A stretch of DNA of 63,288 bases, counting the filler, from Dehalococcoidia bacterium (GTDB lineage Bacteria; Chloroflexota; Dehalococcoidia; DSTF01; RBG-16-68-14), in NCBI GenBank assembly GCA_040882355.1. It is 5 parts of 5 records of this genome, joined end to end, with 100 filler letters (N's around TTAATTAATTAA, not from the genome) between each part and the next. Parts side by side here need not be neighbours in the genome. Positions count along the whole stretch, not along the records: positions 39,379 to 51,436 come from JBBEBM010000071.1; 4 more parts are not named here. One strand, 5' to 3'. Shown here in pieces: positions 40,202 through 48,322 of this stretch. The translations under genes and the position numbers were made by a program. A model generated the notes under the pieces. It did not search any database and had not been told where the DNA came from. It saw only the letters and a list, made by a program, of their open reading frames with translations. Position 1 is the stretch's first letter. Each line of letters opens with the position of its first letter.

Positions 40202-42625
40202 TTAGCGCGCGATGACCCGCGCGTCGCCGGCCAGCCGCAGACGAAGCGTCAGCGCGCCATCAACCTGCTCCCGGCTCACATCCGAGGCCGCCCCTGAGAC
40301 GTCCGCCGCCGTGGCCCCTGGTGAGACAAAGCGAAGCGCCAACTCCGCCGTCCCGGAGAGGTCGAGCACGACAGTCTCGCCCTCACGGCGCGCTTCCGCC
40401 CGAAGCTCGACGCCCTCGCCTTCAAGCTGGAGCGAGGCTTCGTTCGACACGCGCACCGTTATGTCGAGGGGCGCCCAGGGGCGTTCGCCGACGTAGCTCT
40501 GCTCGGGGCCCATCGGCAGCAGCGAGTCGTCTCTTATGTAAACGGGAAGCCGGTCGAGGGGCGCCTTCTGGTCGAGCCAGCGCGGGCCTTTGATGGCCTC
40601 GCCGGACCAGAAGTCGTGCCAGCGCCCCTCCGGCAGGTAGACGCGGACGCGCCCCTGCGGGTCGAAGACAGGCGCGACGAGCAGCCAGGGCCCGAGCAGG
40701 TACTGCGAGTCGAGGTGGTGCGTCGTCGGATCGTCCGGGTACTCGAGCAGGAGCGGGCGCGCGAGCGGCGTCGCCGTGCGCACGGCTTCGTTCGCGAACG
40801 ACCAGAGGTAGGGCAGCAGACGATAGCGCAGCCGGGCGAAGCGGCGTACGATCTCGACCGCCTCGTCGCCGAACCACCAGGGCTCGCGACCGCGAATGCC
40901 GTGGAAGCGCGCGTGGGAGGAGAGCAGGCCCCACTGCGCCCAGCGGATGTAGAGCGTCGGGTCTGGCCCCTTGCCCGGATCCGACGGATTCCAGAACCCG
41001 CCGATGTCGTGGCTCCAGAACGGGATGCCCGAGAGGCTCAGGCTGAGGCCGGCCCGCAGCGCCGCCGCCATCCCCTCGAACGTGCACTGCGTGTCGCCCA
41101 CCCAGTTGATCGGGTAACGCTGGCTGCCGGCGTAGCCCGATCGCCCGAAGACGACCGCCTCGCCTCGCTCCTCCTGGATCACGTCCCAGACGGCGCGATT
41201 GTAGAGCAGGGGGTAGACGTTGTGCGCCTGGCGGCCGGTCGTACCGTCCGAAAGGAGCGCTTCGGCGGGGAGGCCCTCGCCGTAGTCCGACTTGAACGCG
41301 GCGACACCGGCCCGCAGGTAGGCTCGGTGCTGGTCCTGCCACCAGCGCGCCGCCTCCGGGTTCGTGAAGTCGAGGACGGCCGCCTCGCGCGGGTTGTCGA
41401 GCGATGCGGCCGGTTCGCCGTCCGGCCCGAGCGCGAGGTAGCCGTTGCTGCGCGCCTCCTCGTAAAACGGCGTGTCGCGCCAGACGTAGGGGTTCTCCCA
41501 GAGGCAGAGGCGCACGTTGCGTTCGCGCAGCCAGCCGGTGAACTGCTCCGGCTCGCCGAACGCGGCCGTGTCCCAGACGAAGTCGCAGGCGTCCGCCTCG
41601 TGGTGTTTGCGATTCTCCAGCCAGCGCGGGTCGACGTTCACCACGTCGAGCGGGATCTCGAGCTCGCGCATGCGCTCGACGACGCCGCGCACCTGCGCCG
41701 CGTCGCGGTACATGCAGCGCGACATCCAGACGCCGAACGACCAGAGCGGCGGCAGGGCGCCCTGGCCGGTGAGCTGCCAGTAGCGCGCGAGGATGTCCTT
41801 CGGGTCGGGGCCGTAGATCACGAACTCGTCGAGGTACGGGTCTTCGACGCGGAACGAGCTGGTGACCTGCGACGGAAAGCCGAGCTCGTAGACGATGCGG
41901 CTGGTGTGGTTGATGAAGACGCCGTAGCCGCGCGTGCTGATGAAGAACGGGATGTTCAGGTAGGTGAGCGGCGTCGTGCTGGTGCCGTGCGTGTCGCGCG
42001 ACCACGAGACCGCCCGCGAGTTGCGGCGGTTGAGCGCGCCGAAGCTCTCGCCCAGTCCGAAGAGGCTTTCGTCGGGCCGGAGCGTGAGCGTCTCGTGGAA
42101 GTCGGGCCCTTCGACCGGCTCAGGACTCCGCTCGCCCTCGCGCTGCGACCAACCCATCGGGCACGAGATGAAGTCGCCCAGTCCACCGTCCTGCACCTCC
42201 TGCGCCGCCACGACCGCGCCTTCGCCATCGAGCAGCGCCCAGCGGAACGGGCGCCGTTCGACGCGCAAACGCAGCGAACCGCAGGCGATCTCGATCGCGC
42301 CGTCGTCGTCCGTGACCTGGACCGCCGGCGGACTCGGGAGCGGCTCGACCAGCATCGGCGTGCTGGCGGGCGGCTCCCCTTCGTTCTGAGCGCGCCCTGC
42401 GAGCGGCGCGGGGACCCAAGCCTGCACGCGCACGATCTCCGGCGTGACGAAGTGCAGGCGGACGTGCGCTTCGACGCCCTCGTAGCTTTCGACCGTGGCC
42501 TGGATGCCGCCTTCGACCTCGGCGTGGCTCTTCAGCGTCGAAAGCCAGTCGTAGTCGCGCCCCGGGTCGCCGTGGAGGGGGACGGCGGTTTCGAACAGCT
42601 CGGTCACCGTGCTCTGGGCCTTCAT
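40202..42625 (-). CDS. GH31 glycoside hydrolase (alpha-xylosidase YicI-like)
   Basis: GLGESF, FKSDYGE nucleophile, WSHDIGGF, RYRLLPY. Confidence 0.9.
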   Translation of the reverse strand: MKAQSTVTELFETAVPLHGDPGRDYDWLSTLKSHAEVEGGIQATVESYEGVEAHVRLHFVTPEIVRVQAWVPAPLAGRAQNEGEPPASTPMLVEPLPSPPAVQVTDDDGAIEIACGSLRLRVERRPFRWALLDGEGAVVAAQEVQDGGLGDFISCPMGWSQREGERSPEPVEGPDFHETLTLRPDESLFGLGESFGALNRRNSRAVSWSRDTHGTSTTPLTYLNIPFFISTRGYGVFINHTSRIVYELGFPSQVTSSFRVEDPYLDEFVIYGPDPKDILARYWQLTGQGALPPLWSFGVWMSRCMYRDAAQVRGVVERMRELEIPLDVVNVDPRWLENRKHHEADACDFVWDTAAFGEPEQFTGWLRERNVRLCLWENPYVWRDTPFYEEARSNGYLALGPDGEPAASLDNPREAAVLDFTNPEAARWWQDQHRAYLRAGVAAFKSDYGEGLPAEALLSDGTTGRQAHNVYPLLYNRAVWDVIQEERGEAVVFGRSGYAGSQRYPINWVGDTQCTFEGMAAALRAGLSLSLSGIPFWSHDIGGFWNPSDPGKGPDPTLYIRWAQWGLLSSHARFHGIRGREPWWFGDEAVEIVRRFARLRYRLLPYLWSFANEAVRTATPLARPLLLEYPDDPTTHHLDSQYLLGPWLLVAPVFDPQGRVRVYLPEGRWHDFWSGEAIKGPRWLDQKAPLDRLPVYIRDDSLLPMGPEQSYVGERPWAPLDITVRVSNEASLQLEGEGVELRAEARREGETVVLDLSGTAELALRFVSPGATAADVSGAASDVSREQVDGALTLRLRLAGDARVIAR

Positions 42626-42708
42626 GCCGATACTCCTAGTGCTGGCACCCGCGCAACGTTGCGGGCGGGGCGTTACATTCCGGAGGGCCCCGGCGTTCTC
42701 AGAGAGAT

Positions 42709-43035
42709 ATGGCACGTACCAACGGACGCGTCAACCCCGGCAACGGCCTCGCCCCAGGCGCGAACGGCGCCGCGCAGGCGGACCCTTCCCTTCGCTCCGC
42801 TCGAGGGCGTGCGCTGCGCTCGAGGGCAGGCTCTTCGCCGCACCCTTCAGCCCTTCCCTTCGCTTCGCTCGAGGGTGCGCTCGCCGAACTGCAGGCCGAG
42901 AACGCGGCCCTGCGCGACCGCGTCGCCGCCCTGGAGGTGGAGCGCGACGGGCAGATGCGCGGTATCGAGGTGCTTACCCACGGCCTGCGCCGCCGCGGCT
43001 GCTGCGACCACGAGCCGAGCAACGGCTCGCTCTGA
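42709..43035 (+). CDS. Hypothetical coiled-coil protein with REP-derived in-frame inserts
   Basis: LAELQAENAALRDRVAALE coiled coil; the middle of the ORF is repeat sequence. Confidence 0.45.
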   Translation: MARTNGRVNPGNGLAPGANGAAQADPSLRSARGRALRSRAGSSPHPSALPFASLEGALAELQAENAALRDRVAALEVERDGQMRGIEVLTHGLRRRGCCDHEPSNGSL

Positions 43036-44076
43036 CTGGAGGCTCGAAGCTGGAGGCTGGATGCTAGAGCCCAGCCGCCTGCAAACGTTGCCACGAACGC
43101 TTCCCTTTCTCATCCCCTCCTGTCCTCCCCTTTCCTGACCGCGCACAAGATGTACGCGGCATCCGGTCGGCCTTCGCCTCGGGGGGCGGGGCCTTCCCTT
43201 CGCTTCGCTCCCTTCGCTGCGCTCGAGGGCAGGCTGAGGGCGTGCGCTGCCACCCTCACCCCCAACCCCTCTCCCACGACGCGGTAGAGGGGGGAGCTGG
43301 CGAGACCTCGGGGGTCGACCCCTTCCGAGGCCAGAGGAACCGAGCGCGTCGCGCCTAGCTCGGCGGAGATGCGCTGATGTCCGGGCCCTTCGACAAGCCC
43401 TTCGGCAGGCTCTCGCCGCAGGCGAGTCTGCGACAGAACGGTGCTCAGGACAGGCCCCTCCTTTGCTATGCAGGAGGCGACGCGTTGAAGTCGACACGAG
43501 CGAGGTAGGTGGCCTCGCCGCGGCGGCGGGCCTGGATCGCCTCGAGCTCGTGCAGAGTCTGGAGCCACTGGCGGTGGAGATGGGTTTCGTACCGGATGAT
43601 CTTGTCGATTTCGTCTGCATCTGGCAACATGCGCGCCTCCTCGTGGGCGGCGACGTACTCGGGATTCATCTCCGGCAGGTCGCCGGTAGAGAGGGTGCCG
43701 GCCGCGTAGGCTTCGCCGATGGCGAGGTTGCGCTCAGTGGCGGCGACACCGCGGGTGGTGACGGCGGCCTCGTAGCGAATGACCCGGCGGAGGCGCCAGG
43801 CAAGGAGGGCGATACGCTCGACGAGGGCCTCCTCGAGACGGCCCTCTGGAGCGAGGGCCTCCTCGATGCCGCGGTAGAACTCGTACCACTCCTCGTCATC
43901 CTCCATGCCGGCGATGACGGGGTCAGCGGACGTGAGCCCGTGCTTGACAGCGTTGCGGCTGACGGCGGCCCTGGCAGCGGCTGTCTTGGGGCCGGGCTTC
44001 ACCTTGGGGCGGTTGGCTGAGTCGTTCCCTTCCCTTCGCTCCGCTCGAGGGCGTGCGCTGCGCTCAAGGGCAGGCT
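42783..44076. repeat. Dispersed and nested CCCTTCG...CTCGAGGG-type palindromes
   Basis: 50-bp copies at 42783-42832 and 44027-44076 (1 mismatch); related units near 42852, 43193-43250 and 43386-43458. Confidence 0.8.
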
Positions 44077-44125
44077 TGCTGGAGGGCGGGCCCTTTCCGT
44101 TGGCTGAGTCGTTCGTAGCGGTCAC
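43466..44125 (-). CDS. Hypothetical protein with a GPKT...SRNAVKHGL motif
   Basis: AAAGGAG RBS, GTG start; LEEALVERIALLAWRLRR, RYETHL. Confidence 0.7.
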   Translation of the reverse strand: MTATNDSANGKGPPSSKPALERSARPRAERREGNDSANRPKVKPGPKTAAARAAVSRNAVKHGLTSADPVIAGMEDDEEWYEFYRGIEEALAPEGRLEEALVERIALLAWRLRRVIRYEAAVTTRGVAATERNLAIGEAYAAGTLSTGDLPEMNPEYVAAHEEARMLPDADEIDKIIRYETHLHRQWLQTLHELEAIQARRRGEATYLARVDFNASPPA

Positions 44126-44406
44126 GTGAGTCTCCTTTCTCTAAGTCAGTCTCCCTTCGCTACGCCTCGACCCTCGCCCTGGCCCCGGTGTTGCCCTGTC
44201 CTGCCGTATCCTGCCCCTCCACGCTGCGGGGATTTGTTTCGCAAAAACGCCTCTTTTCTGCGTACGCCGATGCGTATTTCGGCGGGACCGGCGCACGTGT
44301 CGCAGGCCCTCGATTCCATCTGACACCCGTTAACCACGGGCGTCAAGGGGTTAGGCGAGTTCTTGCACGTGTTCCCGAAGAATGCAGGAGTGGGTTGACC
44401 GAAGCG

Positions 44407-46509
44407 TCAGCGAATAGCGAGTGAGCTGGCTCTCAGATCGTCCACGAACTCTGAGGGCGGCGCGACACTTGCAACGAGCAGATGATCCCTCGCACGCGTA
44501 CAGGCCACGTAGAGCAAATGGCGCTCTGTGTTGTAGACATCTTCGAGGTCGGCTTCGTCGGTGACTTCTTCGATCCTCTGCTGCAGGGGGATGATTTCGT
44601 CGTCACACGCCATCACGGCGACGGCGCGGAACTCAAGGCCCTTCGCCAGGTGCATGGTGCTGACCGAGACGTGACCGCTTCTCGTCTCGACACTCTCGTC
44701 GAGCACTACGAATGGTAGACCGGCCACCGCAACGGCAGTGCGCGCGCGGTCAAGCTGAGCGGGAGAGCGGACGAAGACGGCGAACTCGTGAGGCTTCAGC
44801 CCATCGCCGGTCAGCCGAACGATCCACTCGCCCACAGTCCTCGCTTCGTCATCGATGCTCTCACAGACCGAGATCTCCGGGGCAGGCCCATTGAACACGG
44901 AGACTGTTCCAGCGCGCTCCTCTACGTTGCCGTCGATGTCGCTGACCTCGGGTGCGAGCAGCCGGTCCGCCTGCGCGCGAATCTGGTGTGACGTCCGGTA
45001 GTTCACTCGGAGCGTCTTGGCGCGCCCGCGGATGTCGATTCCTAATGCCAGCCACGAGAACGGCTGCTGGAAGATGCGCTGGCCCAGGTCACCCGTGAAG
45101 AAGAGAGCGTTGGGGCGGCCACCGCCAAGCGCCGCGAGGAACCGCAGGTGCGCCACGCTCATGTCCTGCGCTTCATCGATGACCGCGAAGGCGAACGGCT
45201 GGCGCCCGCTGTCCCGCAGGACCGCCGCTAGTCTGGTGAACAACGCCGACTCGCTAATCAGGTTCCGCTCGGCTAGTTGCTCGCGGACCCGCTCGAAGAT
45301 CGACCACAGCATCTCCCGCTGTTTCTCCGGAAGCCTCGTCTTCCGGCCCAGCCTTCTCACGTCACGATAGTCTTCCCATGATTCCAGTTGCCATGCGTCG
45401 AATACCTGGTCCCACTCACTGACGAGGAATGATTGACTGAACTTGTGGCCGGGCACATCGGCGGAAGCTCGGTTGACGGCTGCGGCGACCTCGTCTTGGG
45501 ATGCGATGCGAGTCTCTTCGAGATGCGGCCGAAACAGCCGCTGCCCGATCGCCTGAATGGAGTGCACCTCAAGGCGCTCCGCCAGACGAGGCTCGTTGCT
45601 GATCAGCCGCCTGAGTTGCCTTCGCAGGGCGTTCGCGAGCGTATCAGAGAACGTCGTGAGTAGGACTCTCGCGTCCGGGTTTGTCCGGGCAAGGAACACC
45701 GCGCGATGCAGCGCCACGACCGTCTTGCCCGTGCCCGCCGAGCCCGACACTCGCGCCGGCCCGTTGTAATCGCGCTCGACCAACTGGCGCTGCGCCGGGT
45801 GCAGGAACACCGTCCACTTGTCCCACGGGAAGTCGAGCGCGCGTTCGAGCTCCTCAGTATCGCCGACGAGGCGGAAGCGGCGCTGGGCGTCCGGGTGAGC
45901 GAACGGATCGGCGACCGGGACTGGCGCCGCGACCTCCGGGGTACCGCCTGTGGCCAGCTCGAGCAGCGCCTCGCCGGCCTCGGCCGGGAGGTGCTCCGCC
46001 AGCGCCAGCACCGTGTCCTCATTGGCGTCCCGAACGTCAGCGAGCCATTCAGCAGGCACGCCATAGCTGAGCAGCTCGTCGTCAGGCAGGCTGGCGAACA
46101 GCTTAGGCTTCGGCGGCGCAGGCTGCTCGACTTCTACGTACTTGGGCACGAGGATTTCCTGGACCGCCTCGCGCACCTCGACGAACTGCGCCGCGCCGGT
46201 CTTCGGGTGTGTCTCAAGCCAGCGACGCTCCGCCCAGGCGTACGCCCTGTCGTGGTGGCCGACGAAGCAGAGCAGCAGGCTGCCCTCTGTCTTGTGGACG
46301 ATCAGGCGGATGTCACTGCTCACGCGCACGGACCAGAAGTTCTTGTCACGCGCCTTGTCGAGCTTGTGGAACTGCATGCCCGGGTTGGCCGGGTTCATCT
46401 GCAGATCGAACGCGGTCGTCTTGACGGCCTTCTGCTCGTCGCCTGTCAGGCGCGCCAGGCTATCGGTAAAGGTGTCAGCGATGCGAAACTCTGTCAGGCT
46501 ACCGGCCAT
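44407..46509 (-). CDS. SF1 UvrD-like helicase with an N-terminal RelE-like domain
   Basis: GSAGTGKT, DEAQD, NYRT, STMHLAKGLEF, LYVACTRA; N-terminal WSVRVSSDIRLIV...GHHD. Confidence 0.88.
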   Translation of the reverse strand: MAGSLTEFRIADTFTDSLARLTGDEQKAVKTTAFDLQMNPANPGMQFHKLDKARDKNFWSVRVSSDIRLIVHKTEGSLLLCFVGHHDRAYAWAERRWLETHPKTGAAQFVEVREAVQEILVPKYVEVEQPAPPKPKLFASLPDDELLSYGVPAEWLADVRDANEDTVLALAEHLPAEAGEALLELATGGTPEVAAPVPVADPFAHPDAQRRFRLVGDTEELERALDFPWDKWTVFLHPAQRQLVERDYNGPARVSGSAGTGKTVVALHRAVFLARTNPDARVLLTTFSDTLANALRRQLRRLISNEPRLAERLEVHSIQAIGQRLFRPHLEETRIASQDEVAAAVNRASADVPGHKFSQSFLVSEWDQVFDAWQLESWEDYRDVRRLGRKTRLPEKQREMLWSIFERVREQLAERNLISESALFTRLAAVLRDSGRQPFAFAVIDEAQDMSVAHLRFLAALGGGRPNALFFTGDLGQRIFQQPFSWLALGIDIRGRAKTLRVNYRTSHQIRAQADRLLAPEVSDIDGNVEERAGTVSVFNGPAPEISVCESIDDEARTVGEWIVRLTGDGLKPHEFAVFVRSPAQLDRARTAVAVAGLPFVVLDESVETRSGHVSVSTMHLAKGLEFRAVAVMACDDEIIPLQQRIEEVTDEADLEDVYNTERHLLYVACTRARDHLLVASVAPPSEFVDDLRASSLAIR

Positions 46510-48308
46510 AGCTGCACGGCGATATCTGCCAGCTTCTTTGACCTAGCTTCGATTTGTGCAAAGCGAAAGCCCGGATAGTCAGACGGAAGGCCACTCGTCA
46601 GCTTGAATGCAGACTCCTTGTACGCCTTCTTCTTACGAGCATAGGGGTTGTTGGATGCACCGATGTTCAGTTCACCCGCGAACAGCGTCAGATTCCCAAA
46701 CCTCCCGACAAGACGCGAATGGCGCTCCCCTGCCCCGGCCCCTAGGTAGGTCGGCCAGTCGCCAATCTGCTTCTGGAGTTTCTTGCCCCAAATCCTCTGA
46801 GGGACGATATGCTCGATGTGTACGTCCGCCGGCCCACCAGGGATTAGTTCAGGAAACTCACCTTGGAGATGCATCTCTATTTGCTCGAGGCAGTAACGCG
46901 CCCGATCCATGAGACGGGGAGTGTAGTTCGCAGCGGCAAACTCCTGCCGGAACCTCTCGTCGCTTGGAGAGTACTCGCGGTAGACTCGGCGGACCTCGAG
47001 CACGGCATTGTTTGGGTCCACCTTGGACAGGCGCGCAAAGATGCCGACGTTCTCATTCGTGCGCTCGCGACAGACGTGGCGGCGCAGCATGAAGGACTCG
47101 GTCAACTTCAGAATAGCCTCGAAGTCTTTCTCGCTGCAGCCGCCGTTGCGAAGGGTCATCAGAAATCCGTAACTCGGCTGCGCTCTAATGAGCGCCAGGT
47201 TCCTCAAGCGCCGGTCGAGTCTAGGCCGCCCGGTCTCTGCCAGAACGATCTCGCGATATGCCTGGGAGCTTGAGACGAGCCGATCCAGGAACACTGCAAA
47301 CGAGACCTTGGGTAGCAGCTTCTCCGGCTCGTCGTCATCATCGGCACGGGTCTTTTGCGCGGCTTCCATCCGAACCTCGGCTTCGTCGTCATCATCTTCC
47401 TCGTCCACGTCCGGGTCAATCGCGCGATACCGGTCCCGCTCTGGGAGCCGTTCGGCCTCTACGACCTCATTCATAAAGGCCCATTGGAACTCCTCTACCA
47501 CTAGGCCAATGGTGACCGGGGTTCCTAGGTGCGAGCTCATGTACTGTCTGAAGAAGTTCTCGGCACTGACACCGTCCAGATGGCGTACCACCTGAGCCCA
47601 CCTCTCCCTAGCGCCCTCGAGAGCTTCTTCCCCGAAGCGCGCCGCGTTTCCCAGCATGAAGTTCTTTATGATATCTGTTGAGCTTAAGCGAAGGCCGCGG
47701 TTGTTAATCGTCTCGAACAGCTTGAAGGCGTCCTTGGCGGCGCTGACATCGAGACGGACCATCGCTGCCTGGTTCCTGAGCTTATATGCGAAGTCGACAG
47801 CCTCCTCCGTAGTCTGGTTGCTGACCCGTCCTGCAACGTGGGCGAAGGCGTCCTTCAGATGGGCGTTCTCTATCTGCGGTGGCTCCTGTCCAGATGCGTG
47901 ATAGCCGAACTGCCTTGCGTCCAGTGAGTCGAGAGCAATCTTCGGCTCAACACTTCCCTTCGGTGGCTTCGCCACCAGCAGCCGCTCAACATCCTGTGCC
48001 TCGGACTCCTTGCCGTCCGACCGCAGGCGGGCCAATAGGCAGTGAAGCAGGATGCTGATCGTCGTTAGACGCTGCTGACCGTCGACAAGTTCCAGCCGGT
48101 TGATGCCGGCAGTGTGCTGATCGGTTAGGCAGACGATAGTGCCGAGAAGGTGTGTGTCAGCCTCTTCAAGCGCCGCGATGTCGTCCCAGAGGTCATCGAC
48201 TTGGTGTCTTCGCCACGAGTACCGCCTTTGATACGCTGGAATGACGTACTGCTCGATCTCCGACCCAAGCATTTGGGACACCTTCAGGGCCGTTGGAGTG
48301 ATGTTCAT
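46494..48308 (-). CDS. DUF262 + DUF1524(HNH) protein, GmrSD-like nuclease
   Basis: IPAYQRRYSW, DGQQRLTT, FETINNRG; EHIVPQ...GNLTL...N HNH motif; lower GC. Confidence 0.87.
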   Translation of the reverse strand: MNITPTALKVSQMLGSEIEQYVIPAYQRRYSWRRHQVDDLWDDIAALEEADTHLLGTIVCLTDQHTAGINRLELVDGQQRLTTISILLHCLLARLRSDGKESEAQDVERLLVAKPPKGSVEPKIALDSLDARQFGYHASGQEPPQIENAHLKDAFAHVAGRVSNQTTEEAVDFAYKLRNQAAMVRLDVSAAKDAFKLFETINNRGLRLSSTDIIKNFMLGNAARFGEEALEGARERWAQVVRHLDGVSAENFFRQYMSSHLGTPVTIGLVVEEFQWAFMNEVVEAERLPERDRYRAIDPDVDEEDDDDEAEVRMEAAQKTRADDDDEPEKLLPKVSFAVFLDRLVSSSQAYREIVLAETGRPRLDRRLRNLALIRAQPSYGFLMTLRNGGCSEKDFEAILKLTESFMLRRHVCRERTNENVGIFARLSKVDPNNAVLEVRRVYREYSPSDERFRQEFAAANYTPRLMDRARYCLEQIEMHLQGEFPELIPGGPADVHIEHIVPQRIWGKKLQKQIGDWPTYLGAGAGERHSRLVGRFGNLTLFAGELNIGASNNPYARKKKAYKESAFKLTSGLPSDYPGFRFAQIEARSKKLADIAVQLWPVA

Positions 48309-48322
48309 GAACCTGCTCCCCG

